Below are positions 1-8,995 of a stretch of 64,000 bases of DNA, one piece after another. The stretch covers positions 1 through 64,000 of IMG/VR virus record IMGVR_UViG_3300031963_000080, one strand, 5' to 3'. Made by a program: the position numbers and the translations under genes. This DNA is from a virus. Its lineage: Duplodnaviria; Caudoviricetes. The stretch's first letter is position 1, and each line of letters begins with the position of its first letter. Under the pieces are notes generated by a model that saw only the letters and a list, made by a program, of their open reading frames with translations, ran no database searches and was not told where the DNA came from.

Positions 1-860
1 GCATTATCAACATAACCTTCAGTAGCGTAACCAACTAAAGAACCAGAAGTTATAAATCCAACTACAGCATTATCAACATAACCTTCAGACGCTAGACCAA
101 CTACAGCATTATCAACATAACCTTCAGACGCTAGACCAACTACAGCATTATCAACATAACCTTCAGACGCTAGACCAACTACAGCATTATCAACATAACC
201 TTCAGACGCTAGACCAACTACAGCATTATCAACATAACCTTCAGTAGCGTAACCAACTAAAGAACCAGAAGTTATAAATCCAACTACAGCATTATCAACA
301 TAACCTTCAGTAGCGTAACCAACTAAAGAACCAGAAGTTATAAATCCAACTACAGCATTATCAACATAACCTTCAGTAGCGTAACCAACTAAAGAACCAG
401 AAGTTATAAATCCAACTACAGCATTATCAACATAACCTTCAGACGCTAGACCAACTAAAGAACCAGAAGTTATAAATCCAACTACAGCATTATCAACATA
501 ACCTTCAGACGCTAGACCAACTAAAGAACCAGAAGTTATAAATCCAACTACAGCATTATCAACATAACCTTCAGACGCTAGACCAACTATAGAAGGAATA
601 AGAGGTTTATTTGATAAGTCGTTATAATTTCCAGAGAATGTAGAAATAGCAACTAGATTATCAACATAACCTTCAGTAGCGTAACCAACTAAAGAACCAG
701 AAGTTATAAATCCAACTAGATTATCAACATAACCTTCAGTAGCGTAACCAACTAAAGAACCAGAAGTTATAAATCCAACTACAGCATTATCAACATAACC
801 TTCAGACGCTAGACCAACTACAGCATTATCAACATAACCTTCAGTAGCGTATCCAACTAA
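1..860 (-). repeat. Intragenic tandem repeat array of 39-bp and 66-bp units (LASEGYVDNAVVG / YATEGYVDNAVVGFITSGSLVG)
   Basis: Near-identical core GCATTATCAACATAACCTTCAG recurs more than a dozen times; unit lengths are multiples of 3. Confidence 0.95.
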
Positions 861-1832
861 ACTTTGGGGAGTATAAGTAAAAACTCCAGTTGTATTATCA
901 TAAGATAAATCTGAAATTCCAGGAGATGAAACACTAACAGATAAATCCGTTAGATCTATTCCTGTTTGATCTGTTATAGAAACAAATTCAAATTTTTCAA
1001 GTGAATGATTATACTTGAGAAACTTTCCATTATAAGCACTTGCATTTGTAGCAATGCCAACAATATCATCAAGATACTTCAATCTTACTTCACCGCCTCC
1101 CCCCACAGAGGCAAGTTGCTCTTGAAGTCTTCCTACAAGAAGTTGATAATGATTTTTTAATTGTTCAAAAGTTACAGGAGATTGTAGTAAAGGATCATTA
1201 GTATTTTTATCATTCAGATTTTCAGATAAAACTTTGTATTTATAGGCAAGATCTTGTAATTTATTTTCAATTGCAACTAAACCATTTGGTTTCTTCTTAA
1301 TTTCTTTGAATATTTCTTCTCTCAAAGATACAATGTCGTTAGAGTAAGTAGAAACATACTTTTCTACTGCAATCTGTATTTCACTATTATACAGACTCTT
1401 AACAAAAGATCTGGCATTAAAAACTTCTTCAGTTATTACTTCTTTATATAACTCTTCTATTTTTTCTTTAGTATCTTTAACTTGATCCTCAAAATGTTCG
1501 CAAAGTTCCTTTTTTAAATTACTAATCCTAGTTTCAACACGAAGTTCCGAAGTATTTACTTGTTTCTTGTATTTTGGAATTTCATTTTCAATGAGATCAC
1601 CAACAACTTTATAAAGTTCTACTAAATCCTCTTTTACTTCGACGATTTGATTTTTACCAGATGTTAATAATTGCTCTTGAATATTTTTAAATACGCCGTC
1701 AATATTAGAAAAAGACAACGAAATATTCTCCTCAAGATCGCTACAATGATCTTGAGATATTTGTTCTACCTGTTCACTCAAGGTTGAAACTTTTTCTATT
1801 CCAAAAAAATCTGAAGGTTTTTTAAGCGCCAC
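1..1832 (-). CDS. Large repeat-containing protein (coiled-coil N-terminus, GGGGEV motif, tandem EGYVDNAVVG repeats); 3' end lies outside the window; probable virion or fibre-associated protein
   Basis: Absent from the ORF track. GTG at 1832 opens MALKKPSDFFGIEK...QLASVGGGGEVRLKYLDD... and stays in frame to position 1. Late-promoter-like AATAAATA at about 1858-1865. Confidence 0.8.
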   Translation of the reverse strand, partial: MALKKPSDFFGIEKVSTLSEQVEQISQDHCSDLEENISLSFSNIDGVFKNIQEQLLTSGKNQIVEVKEDLVELYKVVGDLIENEIPKYKKQVNTSELRVETRISNLKKELCEHFEDQVKDTKEKIEELYKEVITEEVFNARSFVKSLYNSEIQIAVEKYVSTYSNDIVSLREEIFKEIKKKPNGLVAIENKLQDLAYKYKVLSENLNDKNTNDPLLQSPVTFEQLKNHYQLLVGRLQEQLASVGGGGEVRLKYLDDIVGIATNASAYNGKFLKYNHSLEKFEFVSITDQTGIDLTDLSVSVSSPGISDLSYDNTTGVFTYTPQSLVGYATEGYVDNAVVGLASEGYVDNAVVGFITSGSLVGYATEGYVDNLVGFITSGSLVGYATEGYVDNLVAISTFSGNYNDLSNKPLIPSIVGLASEGYVDNAVVGFITSGSLVGLASEGYVDNAVVGFITSGSLVGLASEGYVDNAVVGFITSGSLVGYATEGYVDNAVVGFITSGSLVGYATEGYVDNAVVGFITSGSLVGYATEGYVDNAVVGLASEGYVDNAVVGLASEGYVDNAVVGLASEGYVDNAVVGLASEGYVDNAVVGFITSGSLVGYATEGYVDN

Positions 1833-1869
1833 TATTATTACAATATACCTATACAGATATTTATTCTAC

Positions 1870-1877
1870 TATAAATA
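1870..1877 (+). promoter_or_regulatory. T4-type late promoter TATAAATA (divergent from the minus-strand late motif at about 1858-1865)
   Basis: Exact gp55 consensus upstream of the + strand gene block. Confidence 0.75.
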
Positions 1878-1896
1878 TCTAAATATGACAACTAAA

Positions 1897-1998
1897 ATGT
1901 CTAAGTCGCCAAACAAGAAATCCAACAAAGGAGCTTCAAAACAAAATCAAGGCAATGCGACTGCTAAAAAAGCAAAAAACGGCGGAAAGAAAAAGTGA
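1897..1998 (+). CDS. Small Lys-rich basic peptide (MSKSPNKKSNKGASKQNQGNATAKKAKNGGKKK)
   Basis: Open frame directly after the late promoter; alternative ATG at 1885. Confidence 0.55.
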   Translation: MSKSPNKKSNKGASKQNQGNATAKKAKNGGKKK

Positions 1999-2007
1999 GG
2001 TGTCACC

Positions 2008-2199
2008 TTGCCAAGAGAATGGAATACTCCCAAAAGGGAACCTTGGAATGCTCCTATTCATAATATCCTAAAAGCAATAGATAATCATACTCAAGAATAT
2101 TTCAAGAGTGGTGATATTTGGCATCTAGAAAAAGCAGATATGTTGAGACAATACTTAAGAGAACTTAAGAGTTGGATACATAAGCAAGAAGGCAGATAA
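2008..2199 (+). CDS. Hypothetical phage protein
   Basis: 63-aa ORF, TTG start with GAGG Shine-Dalgarno upstream. Confidence 0.7.
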   Translation: MPREWNTPKREPWNAPIHNILKAIDNHTQEYFKSGDIWHLEKADMLRQYLRELKSWIHKQEGR

Positions 2200-2201
2200 A
2201 A

Positions 2202-2345
2202 ATGGATGAGGTAGTTTGGAGCATTATTATTATGTTAGGTATTGGATTATCTGGAACTTTATGGATAATTTACTACATACTTAAGATGGCAAACGACGAA
2301 TCAAATGTATCAATACAAAATCAAAAAAATCACAAAGATAGTTGA
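2202..2345 (+). CDS. Small membrane peptide (MDEVVWSIIIMLGIGLSGTLWIIYYILKMA...)
   Basis: 47-aa ORF, one hydrophobic helix, starts 2 nt after the previous stop. Confidence 0.55.
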   Translation: MDEVVWSIIIMLGIGLSGTLWIIYYILKMANDESNVSIQNQKNHKDS

Positions 2346-2649
2346 TGGCGATACTGTTGATTTAGATATTGATTTGGGGTTTTCATTGACAATTTCACAT
2401 AGAGTTCGTCTTAAAGGTGTCAATGCACCAGAAAGCAAAACAACAGACTTAAAAGAAAAAGAAAAAGGACTTACAGCTAAAGCGTGGTTAACAGAACAAC
2501 TATCTAAAAAGGGTGAATGGACTATTACAACACATAAAGAAGATAAATATGGAAGAATACTTGGTATTCTTCATCGTACAGAAGATACATTTACAATAAA
2601 CGAAAAAATGTTGATGGAAGGTATTGCCATACCTTACATGCAAGAATGA
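2305..2649 (+). CDS. Thermonuclease (SNase-like) nuclease
   Basis: IVDGDT, RVRLKGVNAPES and DKYGRILG motifs of the staphylococcal nuclease family. Confidence 0.9.
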   Translation: MYQYKIKKITKIVDGDTVDLDIDLGFSLTISHRVRLKGVNAPESKTTDLKEKEKGLTAKAWLTEQLSKKGEWTITTHKEDKYGRILGILHRTEDTFTINEKMLMEGIAIPYMQE

Positions 2650-2709
2650 AAAGATTATTTCTTATTGGATTGTTGGTTATAAGACTCATCACCAACGAAG
2701 GCGTATTCA

Positions 2710-3036
2710 ATGAAGGAAGAAGACCTCAACCAAAAAGACAATTTCCAGAAATCATTCGATTCATCAGAAGACCCGCCAAGCGTGGTAGGAAAAAAGCACG
2801 GTTCATTATTGAATAAACTTATTTTTGTAATCTGCTGTGCTGTAATTGGATTTGTTGGAATCAACTTCATTGCTTGCAATTTTATGGTCCCAGGTACAAT
2901 CAATAGTGCTAATGTAAAAGGAGACCTAAAAAATCCCCCTCCTTTGGACTGCAAAGAATCCGAAAGAAGAGGGTATGAAACACTCTTGACAATTTTAACT
3001 ACAGTGATTGCATTGAGAACTAAAGTCGAAGATTGA
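2710..3036 (+). CDS. Membrane protein with two hydrophobic segments, holin-like candidate
   Basis: LIFVICCAVIGFVGINFIAC and TLLTILTTVIAL segments; close to the endolysin. Confidence 0.65.
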   Translation: MKEEDLNQKDNFQKSFDSSEDPPSVVGKKHGSLLNKLIFVICCAVIGFVGINFIACNFMVPGTINSANVKGDLKNPPPLDCKESERRGYETLLTILTTVIALRTKVED

Positions 3037-3037
3037 T

Positions 3038-3280
3038 ATGAAAAACATCAGTGCATTCACAATAGTTAGATTAGTAATCTTAGGATGGTCTGCTTCTTTA
3101 CTAACCTTAGGTTACATGGATTATTTAAAAAAAATGGATGCTACTTTCATAGCATCCGTCTTTACTTCTACTTTGGCAACCTTTGGTGTTGATGCTGCTA
3201 ACAGAAAATCAAAGACCAGCCTTAACAAATCTGTAGATTGTGATACCTGCAGATCCAAGAGTAGCGAAGAGAGCACCTAA
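3038..3280 (+). CDS. Small 2-TM membrane protein, holin-like candidate
   Basis: Two hydrophobic helices and a charged C-terminal tail. Confidence 0.65.
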   Translation: MKNISAFTIVRLVILGWSASLLTLGYMDYLKKMDATFIASVFTSTLATFGVDAANRKSKTSLNKSVDCDTCRSKSSEEST

Positions 3281-3988
3281 ACTACTAAAGAAACCTGATA
3301 TCTTTTCTTCTAAAGGTTTTCTTTCTACATGGAATAATTCTCTATTTTCATAGATCCACTTCCACATAGGTATTCTCATATCTTCTGGGACTAAAGGATC
3401 AATCCAAGAACTTACTTCACTTTCCCTATCACCAACAAGAATACCACTCTTATTATAAGTGCGTATTCGTGCGATATTATACTCTCCAGTATAATCTACT
3501 TGTTTGTTAGCAATCTCATCAGCAACCCAGAAATCTATGTCTGCTTGAACTCGTTCATAATGAGTTTTCATGAAAGTTACATCTAACTCAACATCACCAT
3601 TTTCTGGGCGATAAGGATGTGATACGCCATTCACGCAAACTTCAAGTGTTCCTGGATGTAATTTATTTTGTGTTGGAAATACTTGACAGATTAATGGGTT
3701 TGGAATCAACCAAGATGTTTTTGTTAAAGCAAAATATGGAATACCAATAGCAAGTGTGATTGGTATTCCAAAAGCAAGTATTCTTTTTCTGTGACTATTG
3801 ATTAAAGTTGTTGCCGCTTCACCTAAGTCTTTTGTTCTAGCAGCGTGGATTACCAAAAGATTACGAAATGCTTGTAGTCTTTTACGAAATCCTAGGTCAT
3901 ATTTGGACTCTTCGGCAGCAAGTATCATTCTATCCAGCTTCTGTAACAAGACGACATGATCTGTGTCGTTACAGGTTGGTGATGACAT
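3209..3988 (-). CDS. Hypothetical membrane protein
   Basis: 259-aa ORF with internal and C-terminal hydrophobic segments; late-type motif upstream at about 4013-4020. Confidence 0.7.
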   Translation of the reverse strand: MSSPTCNDTDHVVLLQKLDRMILAAEESKYDLGFRKRLQAFRNLLVIHAARTKDLGEAATTLINSHRKRILAFGIPITLAIGIPYFALTKTSWLIPNPLICQVFPTQNKLHPGTLEVCVNGVSHPYRPENGDVELDVTFMKTHYERVQADIDFWVADEIANKQVDYTGEYNIARIRTYNKSGILVGDRESEVSSWIDPLVPEDMRIPMWKWIYENRELFHVERKPLEEKISGFFSSLGALFATLGSAGITIYRFVKAGL

Positions 3989-4032
3989 TTATTGGGTATT
4001 GGACGATAATACTATTTATCTGATGTAACAAA

Positions 4033-4647
4033 TTATGAAGACCAAAGTTTACCTTCTGCTTTTCTTCTTCTTGCTAATCCTGCCTCTACATTACTTCCAG
4101 GATTTCTATAAAGATACAAGGCATCAGGAACTTTATTCCATTCCTTATTCTTCAAGACTTTTGTAATAGTATTGAAGTTAGTTCCACCATAAAAACCTGC
4201 ACCAAGATTATATGCAAAAGAAAGTAAAGCCCCTCTTTGGTTGTCATTCATCTCACTCCAGTAAGGTATTTTTTGCAGTGCAGGAAGAAACTCTCTACGA
4301 AGTTGAAAATACAAAAGATCATCCGCTTCATCTTGAGTAATTTTATTCCCAATCATAAAACGAGTTCCATCTTTTCTACGAGTACTTCCCCATCCAATAG
4401 TAATTGGAAGTCCGCCAGTAAGAGGATCATAATATGCTTTTAGATGACATCCTTCAAATTCTTTAATTAAATTCACTCCAGGAATTGGAAGACCATCTAG
4501 AGTTGGTTCTATTTTTTGATTACGATATCTTCTGGCAAACTCATCTAAAATTTCTTTATGTACTGATGCCTGAAGAAATGCCCAGGCATCATTTTGATGC
4601 GGCAAACCTTTATGGTTTTCCGCAGCATCGATAAATTTTATAGTCAT
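4033..4647 (-). CDS. Endolysin, GH24 phage lysozyme
   Basis: IKEFEGCHLKAYYD...TIGWGST, ALLSFAYNLG, GLARRRKAE; start chosen at the ATGA overlap with the upstream stop. Confidence 0.92.
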   Translation of the reverse strand: MTIKFIDAAENHKGLPHQNDAWAFLQASVHKEILDEFARRYRNQKIEPTLDGLPIPGVNLIKEFEGCHLKAYYDPLTGGLPITIGWGSTRRKDGTRFMIGNKITQDEADDLLYFQLRREFLPALQKIPYWSEMNDNQRGALLSFAYNLGAGFYGGTNFNTITKVLKNKEWNKVPDALYLYRNPGSNVEAGLARRRKAEGKLWSS

Positions 4648-5336
4648 GAGAATATTCTTCCCCACCCAGATTTAGGACCATCTGGAGTCCATCTTTTTTC
4701 CAAAACAGATCTTTTATAAATTGCACCTTTACCATTATAAACAGATCCAGTATATCCATCATTCAAAGATCCATACGGATCATTTACAACATAATCACCA
4801 GATGGAGTCTTACCAACCACTACAACCATGTGCCCGCCAGTAGGTGCAGATAAAGAGCCCCTATGAAGAATCCCGATAACAACAGGTCTCCCAGCGGCAA
4901 GCTCAAGATCAAGATCATCAAAAGATAAACTGTAACTAAAGTGTGACTTAATACCATAAGACGCCAGAACTTTGGTTTGAACCAAATGATCTGTTGAGTC
5001 ACCAAGTGAAAATACCTTTTGAATATAGGCATCATCGCCTTTTGGTCCCTTGAGTGTGCCAGGTTTGAAATATTCTAATACCATAGCACAAGCAGATGAA
5101 TTACAGGTTCTATTTGCATCTCTGTAATTATCTGTCTGTGGAAAATAAGGAACATCAAGAACTGATGATTTTGGTTTTTCGGGTTGAGTTCTATAGATTC
5201 TAACCCAATTAGCAGAATCTTCCATTTCTTCTGGTGCTTTCTTGTCGAGCACCTTTTCGAACTCCTCTACAGCAGCAACATGTTTGGGATTATTGGAATC
5301 AAAATATTTGAAAAAATTATGGAGATCGATTTTCAT
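4644..5336 (-). CDS. C39-like cysteine peptidase
   Basis: VPYFPQTDN...TCNSSACAM, GGHMVVVVG, VNDPYG (Cys-His-Asp triad). Confidence 0.85.
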   Translation of the reverse strand: MKIDLHNFFKYFDSNNPKHVAAVEEFEKVLDKKAPEEMEDSANWVRIYRTQPEKPKSSVLDVPYFPQTDNYRDANRTCNSSACAMVLEYFKPGTLKGPKGDDAYIQKVFSLGDSTDHLVQTKVLASYGIKSHFSYSLSFDDLDLELAAGRPVVIGILHRGSLSAPTGGHMVVVVGKTPSGDYVVNDPYGSLNDGYTGSVYNGKGAIYKRSVLEKRWTPDGPKSGWGRIFS

Positions 5337-5338
5337 AT

Positions 5339-5497
5339 TTAATACCTAAATTCTTCTAATCTATCTAGTAACTCATTTAAGTGCCTATTTGCTAATGCCT
5401 TTGGGTCACTAGTATAATATGATTCAGATATAAGTTTATGTTTTTGCTTCAATATTAAGACTTTAATTTCATCTTTTGTTATTTGATTTCTTGACAT
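5339..5497 (-). CDS. Small hypothetical protein (52 aa)
   Basis: MSRNQITKDEIKVLILKQKHKL... open frame filling the gap. Confidence 0.6.
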   Translation of the reverse strand: MSRNQITKDEIKVLILKQKHKLISESYYTSDPKALANRHLNELLDRLEEFRY

Positions 5498-5501
5498 AAA
5501 C

Positions 5502-5537
5502 AAAAAAAACTCTGCCACTTATTTAGAGGCAGAGTTT
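5502..5537 (-). terminator. Rho-independent terminator
   Basis: AAACTCTGCC/GGCAGAGTTT stem followed by a U-run on the minus strand. Confidence 0.75.
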
Positions 5538-5559
5538 GAAATTTTATGAAGGTTTGTGC

Positions 5560-5679
5560 TCAGAATACACCAGGAATTACTTGACCGGTAGTAAGATATG
5601 TTCCAACTGCAATCACAAATCCAAGCATCGCAAGACGACCATTCCAACGCTCAGCAGTTTCAGTAAAAATTTTAGTCAT
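5560..5679 (-). CDS. hli: High-light-inducible protein (short HLIP)
   Basis: MTKIFTETAERWNGRLAMLGFVIAVGTYLTTGQVIPGVF carries the ExxNGRxAMxG chlorophyll-binding motif; missed by the ORF track. Confidence 0.95.
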   Translation of the reverse strand: MTKIFTETAERWNGRLAMLGFVIAVGTYLTTGQVIPGVF

Positions 5680-5684
5680 TGTTT

Positions 5685-5954
5685 TTATCCTTGATAAGGG
5701 TGTTGTTGTTTAAGTACAGAATTTGGTTGTGAAGGAACAACTGGGTTCCTTGATTTATTTTTAATAACGATGAAAGCATCGTTTTGATATGTTACTGTTC
5801 CAAATGGTTTTGCCCATTTTGGATTTGCCTCTGGGCTAGTAGGAGTTCCAGTAACTGCCACTCCACCAATTTCAACTGAGATATTATCATCTTTATCCCA
5901 TCCAAGTGTTTCAAGAGCAATTGCAAATTGCCCTAGCATACCAGCAGTGCTCAC
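5685..5954 (-). CDS. Hypothetical cyanophage protein
   Basis: ORF-track 5685..6011; GTG at 5954 overlapping the petF stop is the likelier start. Confidence 0.7.
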   Translation of the reverse strand: MSTAGMLGQFAIALETLGWDKDDNISVEIGGVAVTGTPTSPEANPKWAKPFGTVTYQNDAFIVIKNKSRNPVVPSQPNSVLKQQHPYQG

Positions 5955-6244
5955 AGATTTTCTTCCTGTTCGGTAAGAATCACACAATCGCTGGTGGGAT
6001 ATGCTACACAAGTCAGGATAAACCCATCAGCAATCTGATCATCATCAAGGAATGATTGCTCCTCATTATCTACGGTACCAGAAACTAGTTTACCTGCGCA
6101 AGAACTACAGGCACCAGCTCGACAGGAATAAAGCATCTCCAGACCTGCCTCTTCGGCAGCTTCTAGGATATATTGGTCATCAGCACACTGAATTACATTC
6201 TCAGTGCCGTCAGGGTTTTGAAGAGTAATGTTAAAGGTTGTCAT
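5951..6244 (-). CDS. petF: Plant-type [2Fe-2S] ferredoxin
   Basis: [11 protein letters not shown]...LTCVAYP. Confidence 0.97.
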   Translation of the reverse strand: MTTFNITLQNPDGTENVIQCADDQYILEAAEEAGLEMLYSCRAGACSSCAGKLVSGTVDNEEQSFLDDDQIADGFILTCVAYPTSDCVILTEQEENL

Positions 6245-6330
6245 CAGTAAGTTTCAGATAGTTTGTTTACAGAGTGCGCCAATAGAACGAGAAAGGCGAC
6301 ACTAGTTATTGTAAAGATAATTGGTGCCAT
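6244..6330 (-). CDS. 28-aa hydrophobic peptide ([28 protein letters not shown])
   Basis: Its TGA overlaps the petF ATG (TGATG); single TM helix. Confidence 0.55.
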   Translation of the reverse strand: MAPIIFTITSVAFLVLLAHSVNKLSETY

Positions 6331-6343
6331 TGTCAATCAATTG

Positions 6344-6553
6344 TCAGAAGATGCCGAAGAAGAGATTGCCAGTGAGAGCGTAAGAAATAGCACCAGCAAC
6401 AATACCGACCATAGCCCAGCGTCCATTCATTTTCTCCGCCTTCTCGGCATAAGGTTCGATACCATAACGATCAAGATCTTCTTTTGTCATATACATCGAT
6501 GGTTCTTTAGCAAACATATTCATTTGCCCAAACTCATTTTTTGTTACCGTCAT
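6344..6553 (-). CDS. hli: High-light-inducible protein (long form)
   Basis: AEKMNGRWAMVG motif with a GQMNMFAKEP N-terminal extension. Confidence 0.92.
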   Translation of the reverse strand: MTVTKNEFGQMNMFAKEPSMYMTKEDLDRYGIEPYAEKAEKMNGRWAMVGIVAGAISYALTGNLFFGIF

Positions 6554-6579
6554 TGTGTTTTGTAAAGATTTACAACAAT

Positions 6580-6608
6580 AGTATATAGTAAAGAAGAGAG
6601 CCTGTCAA
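6580..6608 (-). promoter_or_regulatory. Sigma70-type promoter for the hli-petF-hli operon
   Basis: TTGACA-17 nt-TATACT. Confidence 0.8.
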
Positions 6609-6639
6609 GACCCTCTTGTTGCAGTTTTCTAACTGTCTA

Positions 6640-8109
6640 TCAGAACTTAAAGGTCGTTTGTAGGACCCCACCCCAGTTAGAGGAGTTGCCAGCAAGGCGC
6701 TGATTGTCGCTACCATAGATGATAGCAGGAGTGACGCTGATGTTATCAGACACTTGGTACTTGTAGAAGATTTCGAGCATCGTTGCCTTCTCAAGGTTCT
6801 CACCAGTAGGTGCCTGACCGATAGCAACACCAGCAGAGTTACCATCAATAAATACATCATCCCAAGTCAGACCAGCAAACCAGGACTGACTGTTGGTAGC
6901 AGCACTTTCAGTACCACTTACAGTATTCCAACCATAACCACCAGAGATAGAGGGAACCCAACCAGATTGAGTAGGTTGCCAATATGCGTTGATGGCATAA
7001 CCATTAGAGGTTTGCCCAGGAACCAGAGAACCAGAAGCACCGTTCAGACCGTTGTAGGTGCGAACGCGAGTGCCTTCAGTACCATAACGATAACCGAATG
7101 CAGCACCCCAGTTATCACCACGGTAACCAACTTGTGCCAAAGTATTAAGAGCACCAGACTTATCAAACTCACCAGTAGAACTATCGGCACCATTCTGTGC
7201 CACATAGTTTACACCAGCAACAAGACCTTTCTTACCATACTGGATACCAAAACCAGAACCAGTTGCCTTGTTATAAACGCCAGGAGCACCTGCTACTTGG
7301 AAGAAGTCAAGAATGTTTGACTTGTAAGCAGTAGGAATCCAAGCAATCTCAGTATTACGAACCAGAGCACCAGCAGTCAGGGTAGTGCTACCGTTAAATA
7401 CAGGGAACTGATAGAACAGACGGTCGATAACTACATTGTTACCAACTTCACTAGTAGTGTTGTCTGCCTTGTCGAGCTTAAAAATTGATGAACTGGAACC
7501 AAAAGGATCACCACTGAAGTTAGAAGAACGCAGACGAGTGCGTAGAAGGTCAGCACCAGTAAACGAAGTATCCAGATTCAAACGCAGATCATAGTTGAAT
7601 GCAGTGCGAGTGATGTCGCCAGTTTTGGTCTGGTAGTCATCAACACCGCCGATCACGAAGTTTGCTTCACCACGCAGTTTGGTTGTGGTGGAGAACTGTT
7701 GCGCTTCAAGAATAGTAACCTGTGCTTCCAGTTTATCTACACGACCACGAAGAACAGCAAGTTCTTGTGCGAATTCTGCTTGAAGGCGCTTCAGTTCATC
7801 AGTAACTTCGGTTACACGATCGAGGCAAGCATTCAGAAGTGCTGCTGCTTCATATCGAGTCATTGCACTACCACCACGGAAGGTGCCGTTAGGATAACCA
7901 GCAACGCAACCATAACGCTCTACTAGTTGCGAAAGTGCCTGATATGCCCAGTCAGTTGGTTGTACATCAGAGAATTGAGTAACACTCGTGACCTGTTCTG
8001 AAGAGTATTGGCTGACTGCTGCCATGTTCAAGTCTTTGGCACCCGCAGCAACAGGAGTAACCATTCCTAGAGCAACAGGTGCAAGAATCAGTCGTTGAAA
8101 AAATTTCAT
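6640..8109 (-). CDS. Cyanobacterial outer-membrane porin (SLH domain plus OprB-like barrel; Som/iron-uptake porin family)
   Basis: Signal peptide MKFFQRLILAPVALG, FSDVQPTDWAYQAL SLH motif, QQFSTTTKLRGE, C-terminal TTFKF. Confidence 0.93.
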   Translation of the reverse strand: MKFFQRLILAPVALGMVTPVAAGAKDLNMAAVSQYSSEQVTSVTQFSDVQPTDWAYQALSQLVERYGCVAGYPNGTFRGGSAMTRYEAAALLNACLDRVTEVTDELKRLQAEFAQELAVLRGRVDKLEAQVTILEAQQFSTTTKLRGEANFVIGGVDDYQTKTGDITRTAFNYDLRLNLDTSFTGADLLRTRLRSSNFSGDPFGSSSSIFKLDKADNTTSEVGNNVVIDRLFYQFPVFNGSTTLTAGALVRNTEIAWIPTAYKSNILDFFQVAGAPGVYNKATGSGFGIQYGKKGLVAGVNYVAQNGADSSTGEFDKSGALNTLAQVGYRGDNWGAAFGYRYGTEGTRVRTYNGLNGASGSLVPGQTSNGYAINAYWQPTQSGWVPSISGGYGWNTVSGTESAATNSQSWFAGLTWDDVFIDGNSAGVAIGQAPTGENLEKATMLEIFYKYQVSDNISVTPAIIYGSDNQRLAGNSSNWGGVLQTTFKF

Positions 8110-8203
8110 AAAATTGTTTTTGTTTGTACTATAGAACAAAGTGTTAAGAATCACAACAGAATTCTTAACTGAGTATTTAGTATAGACTACTTTCAAAAAT
8201 TTG

Positions 8204-8995
8204 TCAAGTAGCTTGATTTGATGGTTCGGTAATCCGACCAAGATATGGATCAAATGATGTAATTTGATCTATGGTAAAATTCGCTCCCATTTGCTGCCAA
8301 AAATTTAATATTCCATTATAACTATTTTTATGAAAAATGTCTATGTGTTCTGGGTGAATCGAGGATCCGAGTTCGATCTTATAAAGAAAAATTGGTGTGG
8401 CATAAGTACACCCAGAATTATAGATCAAATCATCAGCAACAGGACGAGGTTTAACTCCATTGTCTAGCTTATACTTATCCCCACGAATATGGTATTTGAT
8501 AAGTTTTTCTGCATGATGTCTTGTAATCACATAACAAGCAGTAGAAAAGTCATTAACAAATCTAGTGTGAATGGGAACCACAATATCTCCGGTACAAATA
8601 ATAGCAAGTTGAATTACATCCCAACAATAAGGAACACGAGCAATAAAATCTGCCCATGTAAAATTCCAATAATGGGCCGTGCTAATATCGCAATCATCCT
8701 CCATAATAATAGCATATGGACTATCAGAGGTATGATACCAATGATTGATTGCTTTCAAATGGGAAGTCACGCAGCCGATTTCTCCCGATGTCATCATATC
8801 AGGATACTTTCCTTTTATAATATCACTTAGATCGTCATTTCTACCATCATAAGCAGAAATGCGAGTATAATCTTCTATTTCCCAGTACTTAAACTGATCT
8901 TCCATGTACTGCCATCTTTCTGGCTGTCCATCAAGATTAATGCAGTAGACTGGACCAAAGTTTCTTAATTTGTATACTGATTTGTTTCTATCCAT
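8204..8995 (-). CDS. Glycosyltransferase family 25
   Basis: YCINLD...ERW, ISAYDG, GEIGCVTSHLKA, IIMEDD. Confidence 0.88.
   Translation of the reverse strand: MDRNKSVYKLRNFGPVYCINLDGQPERWQYMEDQFKYWEIEDYTRISAYDGRNDDLSDIIKGKYPDMMTSGEIGCVTSHLKAINHWYHTSDSPYAIIMEDDCDISTAHYWNFTWADFIARVPYCWDVIQLAIICTGDIVVPIHTRFVNDFSTACYVITRHHAEKLIKYHIRGDKYKLDNGVKPRPVADDLIYNSGCTYATPIFLYKIELGSSIHPEHIDIFHKNSYNGILNFWQQMGANFTIDQITSFDPYLGRITEPSNQAT

Noticed and set aside
1-860. CRISPR-like repeat/spacer appearance
   Set aside because: The intervening segments are themselves repeated, units are multiples of 3 within an open frame, and no cas genes are present.
8110-8253. N-terminal extension of the porin in the ORF track
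   Set aside because: It overlaps the GT25 gene and the leader region; the signal peptide begins at ATG 8109.
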